DNA of 44,845 nucleotides from Candidatus Peregrinibacteria bacterium (GTDB lineage Bacteria; Patescibacteriota; Gracilibacteria; Peribacterales; Peribacteraceae): NCBI GenBank assembly GCA_016196295.1, contig JACPYA010000076.1, positions 1 to 44,845 of the forward strand, read 5' to 3'. Shown piece by piece: positions 35,421 to 43,780 of this stretch (position 1 is its first letter; each line of letters starts with the position of its first letter). The notes under the pieces were generated by a model. It saw only the letters and a program-made list of their open reading frames with translations, ran no database searches and was not told where the DNA came from. The position numbers and the translations under genes were made by a program.

Positions 35421-37808
35421 ATGCTCCCATTTTTCTCATCACGCGGCGTCCTCGGATTGAATGCGCGCAATCTGCTCTACATCAAGCCGTTCAATCCCCG
35501 CAAAGCGGTCGCGTTCGCGGATGACAAACTGAAAACGAAGGCATTCCTCGCGGCGCGCGGCATTCCGGTTGCGAAAATCTACGCGAAGATCGAGACCCGG
35601 GCACAGCTTCAGGCGTTTGATTTCGCTGCACTCCCCGATGAGTGTGTCCTGAAGCCAAACTACGGTTTCGGCGGCGAGGGGATTTTGATCCTCAAAGGAC
35701 GCAAGGACGGGGAGTTTCTGGTCCAGGGCAAGAAGCCGATCTCCGATCTCGAGCTCCGCGAGCACATCGAGGACATCCTCGACGGAAAATTTTCCATCAG
35801 CGGGCGAGCCGACACCGCCTTCTTCGAAAAAATCCTCGTCGCGGACCCCGCATTCGCGCCCTTTCGACCCACGGGACTGCCCGACATCCGCATCGTCGTC
35901 TTCAATCTCGTGCCGATCATGGCGATGATCCGCATTCCGACCGCGCAGAGCTCGGGCAAGGCCAATGTCCACCTCGGGGGCATTGGCATTGGCATCGATA
36001 TTGCAAAAGGAGTCACCACCCACGCGACGCAGTACAACAAGATCCTCAAGGAGCTGCCGCACGGCGGTTCCCCCGCGGGCATCGCGATTCCCCGCTGGGA
36101 AGAGATGCTTCTTATTTCCTCGCGCATCCAGCAAATCACGAACATCGGCTACCTGGCGGTCGATCTGACCCTCGACGCCGACCAGGGCCCGGCGCTCCTG
36201 GAGGTCAATGCGCGCGCAGGACTGATGCTCCAGGTCGCGAATCTCGCGCCGCTTCGGTCGCGCCTCGAACGGGTGGAAGGATTGAAGGTCAGCTCACCGG
36301 AGAAAGCCGTGCGCATCGCGCAGGATCTTTTCGGCGAGAAAGTGCGTACGCGCAAAGAAGAGGAAGGCGGACAGAAGCCGCTCCTCGGCACGCGCGAAGT
36401 GATCGTCATCTCCGGTGCGGGCGTGACGATCTCCGTGCCGAGCATCATCGCTCCGTACGAAGAGCGTTCCGTTTTCTCACCCGATCTCGTGGAGGAATTG
36501 CGCAAAGCGAACGGGCTCGACGTGGAAGACGAAGAAGAGGGGACATACCGCGTGAAGTTTTCGCTCGCGGGCAAAAAGATCCAGACGCTTGTGCACGAGG
36601 GCACCGTTCCGGTTCCCTCCGCTCGCGCGCTCATCGGGCGCCGGGACCTCTCCGGGTTCCTCATCGATCCCGTGAAGGAGACGAAGCATTCGCTCGTCGG
36701 CCTTGCGGTGCGGGAAGATCTCCGCGCGGTCGATAACGTGCTCGCCATGGCCGACAGGGCGCTTCTGCCGCTGAAGCAATTGAAGCCCACGAACCTGCAG
36801 GAGGAGCGCCAGAAAGCGACGAGCGACCGCGCCTACAACCCCGTCTTCAGCTTCCCGCCGCTCCCCGAAAACATCGACGAGCTCGAACAGCGGCTCTCCG
36901 GCCTCGTGCCGGATGACACGCCGCTCGGGATCCTCTTCCAGAAGAAGAGGCGCGAACTCCTCACGCGCATCTCGCTCTTCCGTGCGCGTGGCAATGCCGT
37001 GCGGTTCACCGAAGCATCGCTCTCGCTCTACGGCTCTCCGAGCGCGGTCCTCCTCTCCCATGCCGCCGCAGTGCTGCGCTCACGGATCGCGTGCGACCTC
37101 CCCGCGAGCGAAGGAAAAGTCCTGGATGCGGCCGCCGCCTCCGTGCGCTTCGAGCAAGCACTGGAGCAGTACGGCCTCCACGAGTGGCAGGTGCAGGTGC
37201 GGCCCGGCGTCGTCTCCGACTGTACCGTGGGGCGCAAGCGCGTGTACCTGCGGCAATCCGCCACCTTCACCCAAGCGCGTCTGGAAGCGCTGATCGCGCA
37301 TGAGATCGAGACGCACGCGCTGACGCAGGTCAATGGAGACCATCAGCCTTTTGAACTCCTGCACATCGGCACCGCGAACTACATGGATACGCAGGAAGGT
37401 CTCGCGATCTATAACCAAAACGCCGTGCTCTCGCCGCATCACGACAAGCGCTACGATCCCGCGAAGAACGTCCTCGCCGTGGCGTACGCGCTTGACCACT
37501 CCTTCGCGGATGTCCGCCGGTACCTGGAAGAAGGGCTCTCCTACGCTCCCGACGCGGCGCTCATGCGCGCGATCCGCCTCAAGCGCGGCATGGGCGACAC
37601 GTCCGAGCCCGGAGCGTTCACGCGTGACATCGTCTACTTCCGCGGGTTCCGCGCGGTCGAACGCTTCGCGGAAGAAGGAGGGGATTTGAAACGTTTGTAT
37701 GTGGGCAAAGTTGCGGTGGAGGATCTTCCTCTTATCGAGCAGATTCCGGGGTTGAAACAACCGCTCGTGCTGCCGGAGTTTTTGAGAATGGCGAAGAAAG
37801 GCAAATAG
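35421..37808 (+). CDS. Fusion of RimK-related ATP-grasp ligase, degenerate retropepsin-like domain and QEGLA/DUF1704 metallopeptidase
   Basis: LGLNARN, DDKLKTK, LKPNYGFGGEGI, DIRIVV, ANVHLGG, LEVNARAGL; LIGRRDLSGFLIDP; HEIETH...TQEGLA...FTRDIVYFRG. Confidence 0.85.
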   Translation: MLPFFSSRGVLGLNARNLLYIKPFNPRKAVAFADDKLKTKAFLAARGIPVAKIYAKIETRAQLQAFDFAALPDECVLKPNYGFGGEGILILKGRKDGEFLVQGKKPISDLELREHIEDILDGKFSISGRADTAFFEKILVADPAFAPFRPTGLPDIRIVVFNLVPIMAMIRIPTAQSSGKANVHLGGIGIGIDIAKGVTTHATQYNKILKELPHGGSPAGIAIPRWEEMLLISSRIQQITNIGYLAVDLTLDADQGPALLEVNARAGLMLQVANLAPLRSRLERVEGLKVSSPEKAVRIAQDLFGEKVRTRKEEEGGQKPLLGTREVIVISGAGVTISVPSIIAPYEERSVFSPDLVEELRKANGLDVEDEEEGTYRVKFSLAGKKIQTLVHEGTVPVPSARALIGRRDLSGFLIDPVKETKHSLVGLAVREDLRAVDNVLAMADRALLPLKQLKPTNLQEERQKATSDRAYNPVFSFPPLPENIDELEQRLSGLVPDDTPLGILFQKKRRELLTRISLFRARGNAVRFTEASLSLYGSPSAVLLSHAAAVLRSRIACDLPASEGKVLDAAAASVRFEQALEQYGLHEWQVQVRPGVVSDCTVGRKRVYLRQSATFTQARLEALIAHEIETHALTQVNGDHQPFELLHIGTANYMDTQEGLAIYNQNAVLSPHHDKRYDPAKNVLAVAYALDHSFADVRRYLEEGLSYAPDAALMRAIRLKRGMGDTSEPGAFTRDIVYFRGFRAVERFAEEGGDLKRLYVGKVAVEDLPLIEQIPGLKQPLVLPEFLRMAKKGK

Positions 37809-37810
37809 GA

Positions 37811-37904
37811 CGAGGAAAATCAGAGTGGGCATACCTGCCCGCGGATCATAAAAAAATCATGAACAATAGAATCCGCGGGGTAGTAACCCCGCTCTGATTT
37901 TTCG
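37811..37904. terminator. Long imperfect inverted repeat between convergent genes (bidirectional terminator or element scar)
   Basis: aaaatcagagtggg..ccgcggat / atccgcgg..cccgctctgatttt. Confidence 0.55.
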
Positions 37905-37921
37905 TTGTGTCCTTGTGCTTC

Positions 37922-38959
37922 CTAAAGAGAATCCTCCCACTTCACCCGTTCCAACGTCGGCTGAGCGGTGATCCACGTCAGTCCCTGTGCGAAGACGAGC
38001 GGCTGCCCGTGCTTGTCCTCAAAGGTAAACCACTGATCGGTGGAGCGTTTTTTCCATCGCCCGTGCTGCACCGTGCCGCTGCGAAAGAGGAGCGCCTTGC
38101 CTTCGCCCGTGACCGAGATCTCCAACCGTCCGAAGGAACCGATATTCGTCACGGGGATTTCCAGGAGCAGCACGTTCTTCGGTTGTGCCCGACTGACGGT
38201 GAAGCCATTGGTTCGCTCGTAGGATTGCGTGAAGAAGTCATAGGCGTACGAAATATTATTGGTGATGTTGAGCAGATTGATCGAGATCTTGAGCGCCCCC
38301 GAGCCACTGGGAGCGGCTCCCACGTGGTACGGCGGCCACCGGAGCGTCTTTGCAGTCGCATTCGTCAGGAGGCTTTCGAGCCCCTTGTCGTCGATGAAGA
38401 GGTTATGCGGAGCGGCGATGCCGTCGTCGCGCATAAATTCCTTGTCATGCGCGAGACCATTGACCGCAAAGACGATGCCGATCTCTTGGACCCGGGCAAA
38501 TGCCTCCGGACTGCCGCCCGCATGAATCTGCGGCGGACCCCACGGGAGGAACGCGTCGAGGAAGTACGGGCGCAGCGACCGGACGGGACCGATCAGTTTC
38601 GGGAGCTTCTTCAGATCGTAGAGGACGTTGAAGCGCGTGATGAACCCCTCCACGGGCATTTCGAAAATCATCAGCGCGTCCTCGAGTCCCTGATGGTAGG
38701 GGCGCGCACGTTCGTGATTTTCGATGATGACGGACACGAGAGATCGCTTGCGCCACGCACTGGGGATCAAGCTCAAACGCGAGAGAAATCCGCCCGGATT
38801 TTCGGCTTGGATGCCGGGAAGAGGGGTGTGCGCGGGCTCGGGGCCGAACGAGCGGTATGCGAGGACACTCGCGATGCCAATGCACGCGATAAGCAGCGCG
38901 ATGAAGGGTCGTGAACGAAACATCATGCGGCTACGCGATGAGGGCGTGGGGATGGTCAT
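37922..38959 (-). CDS. DUF3048 (YerB-like) membrane-anchored protein
   Basis: VIIENH..ARP, FEMPVEGFITRF, GPVRSLRPYF, HAGGS, APHNL. Confidence 0.88.
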   Translation of the reverse strand: MTIPTPSSRSRMMFRSRPFIALLIACIGIASVLAYRSFGPEPAHTPLPGIQAENPGGFLSRLSLIPSAWRKRSLVSVIIENHERARPYHQGLEDALMIFEMPVEGFITRFNVLYDLKKLPKLIGPVRSLRPYFLDAFLPWGPPQIHAGGSPEAFARVQEIGIVFAVNGLAHDKEFMRDDGIAAPHNLFIDDKGLESLLTNATAKTLRWPPYHVGAAPSGSGALKISINLLNITNNISYAYDFFTQSYERTNGFTVSRAQPKNVLLLEIPVTNIGSFGRLEISVTGEGKALLFRSGTVQHGRWKKRSTDQWFTFEDKHGQPLVFAQGLTWITAQPTLERVKWEDSL

Positions 38960-39073
38960 TCTCAGAAGATTTTATAGCGGCGTAGCCCCGCATCTTCATT
39001 GAAGAAGATTCATCGAAGCGCCACTGAACGAAACAAAAATATTGCAGGTGGGAAGGTGCGGGGCGAAGCCGTA

Positions 39074-39790
39074 TTACTTCTTCTCCTTGCCGGCAGCTTT
39101 GTCTTTCGCAGGGGCACCGGCCTCCGCAGTCGGCGCGGCACCTTCCTTCGGCGCTTCTCCTTCCGGCGTCGTACCCGCTGCCGCCGCCGCGGCTGCCGCT
39201 TCCTCCGGTGTCGGTGTCGGCGGTGCGATCTCCTCTTCCTTGCGCGGCTCTTGGACGGTCGCGAGCACCGTCTCGGGTCCTTCCATGACCGTCACGCCCT
39301 TCGGCAGCTTCAAAGCCGAGACTTTCACGGTGTCGTGGAACTCCGCGAGGCCGGAGACATCCACTGGGAGATCGTGGGGGAGATCGGCTGGCAGACAGCG
39401 CACGCGCACGTGATCGTGCGAAGCGACGAAGATGGCGCCGAGCTCCTTGACGGCGATCGGCTCGCCCTCGAAGCGAACAGGCACCGTCGTTTCGATCTCT
39501 TTCTTCATATCGACCGCGTAGAAATCGACGTGCGTCTCGCGGCCGGACACGGGATCAAACGTGATGTCCTTGATGAGGACCGGGATCCTCTTGCCCGCGA
39601 CATCGAGCTCGATCAACGTGCTCTCGCCCGCCTTCACGAAGGCTTTGTGGAGCGGCATGATGGGGCACTCGATCTGCAGATTCTTCACTTCGCTGCCGTA
39701 GACGACGCACGGCACGGAGCCGGCCGCACGCAATGTGCGGGGCGTCAGCTTGTCTCTACGGGCCTGTGCGGAGAGTTTGACCATTTCCAT
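39074..39790 (-). CDS. rplY: 50S ribosomal protein L25 (long CTC form)
   Basis: LRAAGSVPCVVYG, DPVS..HVDFY, VPVRFEGE, acidic Ala/Glu tail. Confidence 0.95.
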   Translation of the reverse strand: MEMVKLSAQARRDKLTPRTLRAAGSVPCVVYGSEVKNLQIECPIMPLHKAFVKAGESTLIELDVAGKRIPVLIKDITFDPVSGRETHVDFYAVDMKKEIETTVPVRFEGEPIAVKELGAIFVASHDHVRVRCLPADLPHDLPVDVSGLAEFHDTVKVSALKLPKGVTVMEGPETVLATVQEPRKEEEIAPPTPTPEEAAAAAAAAGTTPEGEAPKEGAAPTAEAGAPAKDKAAGKEKK

Positions 39791-39844
39791 CGGCAACCCA
39801 GGGTAAACGGAATTCGGTTATTGGTCAATGGAGTCGCCGGGAGT

Positions 39845-39937
39845 GACCGAGGGGACCGAAGAAGCCGAGGTTGCCGAGGTGTTCCGCACGTCGGTCCCCT
39901 CGGTCCCACCGGTCACTTCGGTACCCTCAACCCCTTC
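39845..39937. repeat. Inverted 9-mer micro-repeat overlapping the GT2 stop codon
   Basis: gaccgaggg gaccgaaga agccgaggt tgccgaggt ... tcggtcccc tcggtccca ccggtcact tcggtaccc. Confidence 0.75.
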
Positions 39938-40746
39938 CACTTCCAGAAGTACCAGAGGGCGCTTTTGAGGTGAATGCGCACCGTTTTCTTGGTGAACAAG
40001 CTGAGGATGCCGCCTTCGCTGAGACGGCCTTTGCGGTCGCCTGCCACGACGTCCGGGAAGTACACCACCCGTTTCCCGGCTGTCCACGTTCGGCGGCACA
40101 GGTCCATGTCTTCGAAGAAGAGGAAAAAGTGCGGGTCGAAGCCCCCCAGCGCCTGAAAGAAATCCTTGCGGATGAGGAAGCACGCTCCCACGACCCAATC
40201 GACGTCTCGCGTGACGCTGGAGTCCGTCTCTTTTTCCAAATACCTGTCTACGCGCTCCGGGAAGAAGGTGATCAAAAATGTCCGCTTGATGAACACGTCC
40301 GGCATGCTCGGGAACTTTCGAAACGACGGGCGGATTGTCCCGTCCGGGTGCACGAGCTTCGGCGCGAGGATGCCGATTCCGGGGTCATTCTCCATCTTCG
40401 CGACCATCTTTTCGAGGCCGGTCGGCTCCAGCTGATTATCCGGGTTGATGATAAGGAAATATTTGCCCCGCGCACCGCGAATCCCGAGTTCATTGCCCTG
40501 TCCGTACCCGCGATTCATCGCCGACTCCACGATCTTCACCTTCGCATTTCCTTTGAATTGATTGCGGATCCATCCGATCGATTCATCGTCGCTGTGATTA
40601 TCCACGACGATGATCTCTATGCGATCGGCGATGGTCTGCGCGAGCAGCGCGCGGATACAACCGAGGGTATCTCGCGGAGATCGGTAATTGAGAATGATGG
40701 CGGAGACACGTCGGTCGCGACCGACCGTGTCGGAGACGAGGGGCAT
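39913..40746 (-). CDS. Glycosyltransferase family 2 (WbbL-like)
   Basis: IILNY, VVDNHS, NRGYGQGN, INPD, DWVVGAC, FFLFFEDMD; start reassigned to 40746. Confidence 0.9.
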   Translation of the reverse strand: MPLVSDTVGRDRRVSAIILNYRSPRDTLGCIRALLAQTIADRIEIIVVDNHSDDESIGWIRNQFKGNAKVKIVESAMNRGYGQGNELGIRGARGKYFLIINPDNQLEPTGLEKMVAKMENDPGIGILAPKLVHPDGTIRPSFRKFPSMPDVFIKRTFLITFFPERVDRYLEKETDSSVTRDVDWVVGACFLIRKDFFQALGGFDPHFFLFFEDMDLCRRTWTAGKRVVYFPDVVAGDRKGRLSEGGILSLFTKKTVRIHLKSALWYFWKWKGLRVPK

Positions 40747-40749
40747 CGT

Positions 40750-40815
40750 GAATATAGAATATAGTATGTTGAATGTTGGGCTTCCAACATTCCATATTCC
40801 ACATTCAACATTCAA
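40750..40815. repeat. Inverted 7-mer micro-repeat element
   Basis: gaatata gaatata gtatgtt gaatgtt ... aacattc catattc cacattc aacattc. Confidence 0.78.
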
Positions 40816-42891
40816 TTAAATAAAGAGTGCAGCCAATGCCAAGGTCAGTGTCGAGAACAACTTAATCAAGACGTGCAAGCTCGGGCCCGCCGTGTCCTTG
40901 AACGGATCTCCGACCGTATCGCCCGTGACGGCGGCCTGGTGGGCCGGGCTGCGCTTGCCTCCGTGCGCGCCCATTTCGATGAACTTCTTCGCGTTGTCCC
41001 ATGCGCCTCCGGAATTATTGAGGTAGCAGGCGACGAGCACGCCGACGATGGTGCCGACCATCAGGAGCCCCGCGACGGCTTCCGCGCCCAGCGTCACGCC
41101 GATGGCGATCGGCGCGGCGACGGCCAGCACTCCCGGGAGGATCATCTCATGCAGGGCGGACTTTGTGGCGATGTCTACGGCCGCTGCATAGTCCGGCTCT
41201 TCGGTGCCATCCATGATTCCCTTCTTCTCTTTGAATTGGCGGCGCACTTCTTCGACGATCACGCCGGCGGCCTTGCCGACCGCGCGGATGGTGAGCGAGG
41301 TGAAGAAGAAGACGACCATCGCGCCGAGGAACGCTCCGACGAAGACGTTTACGTCCGCGAGGTTCACGACGGTCAGGTCTACTTCTTCCATGTAGGCGGA
41401 GAAGAGAAGGAAGGCGGCGAGAGCCGCGGACCCCACGGCATATCCCTTCGTAAGCGCTTTCGTCGTGTTGCCCGCGGCATCCAGCTCATCGGTGACGCGA
41501 CGCATCTCTTCCGGAGCCTTGCTCATCTCCACGATGCCACCCGCGTTATCCGTGATCGGTCCGAACATGTCCATCGAGAGGACGTAGCCGACGACGGCCA
41601 ACATTCCCATGGTGGCGACGGCCGTGCCGTAGATGCCTCCGCCCTCCAGTCCCGTTTGGTCACCCAACCAGAATGCACCGAACAGAGCGGCGCACACCGC
41701 GAGCACGGAGAGGCCCGTGGATTCCATACCGATAGCGGTGCCGGAGATGATGTTCGTTGCGTGTCCGGTCTTGCTTGCGTTGGCGATCGCCTGCACCGGG
41801 CGGTGATTTTTGCCGGTGTAGTAATCCGTGATGTAGACGAATGCGACGGAGCAGAGCACGCCGACGAGACCAGCGAGAGCGAACATCCACCACGTTTGAC
41901 CGCCATCCGCAGTCTGGGTGTTCAGCATGGTGTAGCAGGTTGCAAAGAGGGCAGCGGTCGTCAGGACCGCCGTCACCCAGAATCCGCGCGTCATCGCTTT
42001 CATCGGGGCTTCGCCATCCTTCGCCTTCACGCTGTAGACGCCGATGATGGCGGCGACGAGTCCGATGGAGCGCAGGATCAACGGGAAGAGGATTCCTTTG
42101 AGGCCGAAGACCGGGAAGAGCGCGACACCGAGGACCATCGCACCGATGTTTTCCGCGGAGATCGATTCAAAAAGATCCGCTCCGCGACCGGCGCAGTCTC
42201 CGACGTTATCTCCGACCAGGTCGGCGATAACGGCAGGGTTCCGTGGGTCATCTTCCGGGATGCCCGCTTCGATCTTTCCAACGAGATCCGCCCCCACGTC
42301 CGCTGCTTTCGTGTAGATGCCTCCGCCGAGCTGGGCGAAGAGCGCGACGAACGACGCGCCGAATCCGTACCCGACGATCAGCTCCGGAATGTCATCGATC
42401 GGCAAATCCAACACGAAACGGTAGAGCAGGTAGAGCCCGCTGATGCCGATGAGAGAGAGCGCCGTGATGACGATCGCCGACACCGCGCCTCCACGCAGAG
42501 CCATCTGCAGCGCCGCATTGAGTCCATTCTTCGCGACCCCCGCCGTCTTCAAGTTCGCTTTTGTCGCAACGATCATCGAGACGATGCCAGAAAGCGCGGA
42601 GAAGAGACACCCAAGCAAGAACGATCCGCCGATCTCAAACCCGTGTTCCCAGCTGCCCAACAGTCCGTAGACGACGATCATGCCGCCGCCGACCACGAGC
42701 GAGAGGACCGCGATGGTCTTGTACTGGCGACGCACGAAGGCGCGTGCACCCGTCGAGATGGCTTTCGCGACTTTCTGCATGGCAGGCGTGCCGTCACCGG
42801 CGTTCTTCACCTGATTCCAGAAGACCAAGCTGTAGAGGAGGCCCGCAATCGCGAGGACCGGGGCGAACAATTCGAGCGAGAGCGTACTCAT
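40816..42891 (-). CDS. hppA: Membrane-bound H+-translocating pyrophosphatase, K+-independent type
   Basis: [32 protein letters not shown] (Lys diagnostic of the K+-independent type), [10 protein letters not shown]; start reassigned to 42891. Confidence 0.95.
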   Translation of the reverse strand: MSTLSLELFAPVLAIAGLLYSLVFWNQVKNAGDGTPAMQKVAKAISTGARAFVRRQYKTIAVLSLVVGGGMIVVYGLLGSWEHGFEIGGSFLLGCLFSALSGIVSMIVATKANLKTAGVAKNGLNAALQMALRGGAVSAIVITALSLIGISGLYLLYRFVLDLPIDDIPELIVGYGFGASFVALFAQLGGGIYTKAADVGADLVGKIEAGIPEDDPRNPAVIADLVGDNVGDCAGRGADLFESISAENIGAMVLGVALFPVFGLKGILFPLILRSIGLVAAIIGVYSVKAKDGEAPMKAMTRGFWVTAVLTTAALFATCYTMLNTQTADGGQTWWMFALAGLVGVLCSVAFVYITDYYTGKNHRPVQAIANASKTGHATNIISGTAIGMESTGLSVLAVCAALFGAFWLGDQTGLEGGGIYGTAVATMGMLAVVGYVLSMDMFGPITDNAGGIVEMSKAPEEMRRVTDELDAAGNTTKALTKGYAVGSAALAAFLLFSAYMEEVDLTVVNLADVNVFVGAFLGAMVVFFFTSLTIRAVGKAAGVIVEEVRRQFKEKKGIMDGTEEPDYAAAVDIATKSALHEMILPGVLAVAAPIAIGVTLGAEAVAGLLMVGTIVGVLVACYLNNSGGAWDNAKKFIEMGAHGGKRSPAHQAAVTGDTVGDPFKDTAGPSLHVLIKLFSTLTLALAALFI

Positions 42892-42963
42892 ACAAAAAAG
42901 AGGGGACGGATCAAAAAGTGCTGAGAGAGTACTCAAGGATGATGTTTTCGGCAAGGATGAGCT

Positions 42964-43233
42964 CTATAGCCCTTTTATCATTGTTTCCGCGATAGGACTC
43001 ATTTTTTCAGCGAGTACATATTCAACAGTCTTCTTTTGGCGTCGATCGAGAATAATCCCGGCATTGCGAAGTAAACGAAGGTGCTGAGAAGTGGCCTGTA
43101 TGCTGCATCCGAGTTCTTTCGCTATGTCCCCCACAATGGCTTTCCGATTCTTTTTGAGAAATGCCAGCAGACGAATCCTCCGCCATTGAGCGAGAGCTTT
43201 ACATTGCTTTTCGAGGAATCGGATGTCGGCCAT
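42964..43233 (-). CDS. ArsR/SmtB-family transcriptional regulator
   Basis: KALA..RRIRLL, VGDIA, SIQATSQHLRLLR. Confidence 0.88.
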   Translation of the reverse strand: MADIRFLEKQCKALAQWRRIRLLAFLKKNRKAIVGDIAKELGCSIQATSQHLRLLRNAGIILDRRQKKTVEYVLAEKMSPIAETMIKGL

Positions 43234-43299
43234 AGCGGATGAGAATACTCTCAGAATGATTTGCGCAAAAGATTGAGATAAGAGAGATAAGAAAATGCG

Positions 43300-43524
43300 C
43301 TATCGCCTTCGTCTCTCCGTTTCCAGGACAATTCCTACAAGCGCCAGATTCGGATCTGCCTGCAGCACTTTATAAATTCGCCGCCTATGTTCTTCGGTGG
43401 CCTTCATGCCTTTCGGGGAACGACCTTCTCGAATGGCTTCTTCTCGGGCCAAAGCATCGGCTGCTCGAGTGACGATCGCCCCCAGGGGATCCTGACGCTC
43501 TTCGATGGCTCCTTTTTTTCTCAT
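43300..43524 (-). CDS. Hypothetical protein
   Basis: 74-aa ORF with protein-like composition. Confidence 0.45.
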   Translation of the reverse strand: MRKKGAIEERQDPLGAIVTRAADALAREEAIREGRSPKGMKATEEHRRRIYKVLQADPNLALVGIVLETERRRR

Positions 43525-43580
43525 GATGTCTGCGTTTCTCGATCATATCCCGTGATCTGCACGGTCTGCTGATCCGGATT

Positions 43581-43745
43581 TCATTCTTGCGGACTGGCAT
43601 TCAATGCAATTCTCCGTCGTACGTTCAGAATATGATTTGGCGGAAGAGGCGCGAGTGGTTTCGATGGCGTGTCGTCCAGTGGTAACTCCATGCCGTTGAT
43701 GTGTTCTGGTTTTGTCATGTCTTTAGGATAATCCCCGATGTTCAT
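43581..43745 (-). CDS. Hypothetical protein
   Basis: MNIGDYPKDM... 54 aa; the ORF-track extension overlaps uvrC and is unlikely. Confidence 0.35.
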   Translation of the reverse strand: MNIGDYPKDMTKPEHINGMELPLDDTPSKPLAPLPPNHILNVRRRIALNASPQE

Positions 43746-43780
43746 CGTCACAATCAAAGAAGAGGTACCATATGGACCGC

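Noticed and set aside
19760-40815. Short repeat clusters as possible CRISPR arrays
   Set aside because: Units are 7-9 nt and tandem, with no unique 25-45 nt spacers and no cas genes
40747-40815. MNVECGIWNV... extension of the GT2 ORF
   Set aside because: It is a translation of the 7-mer repeat element
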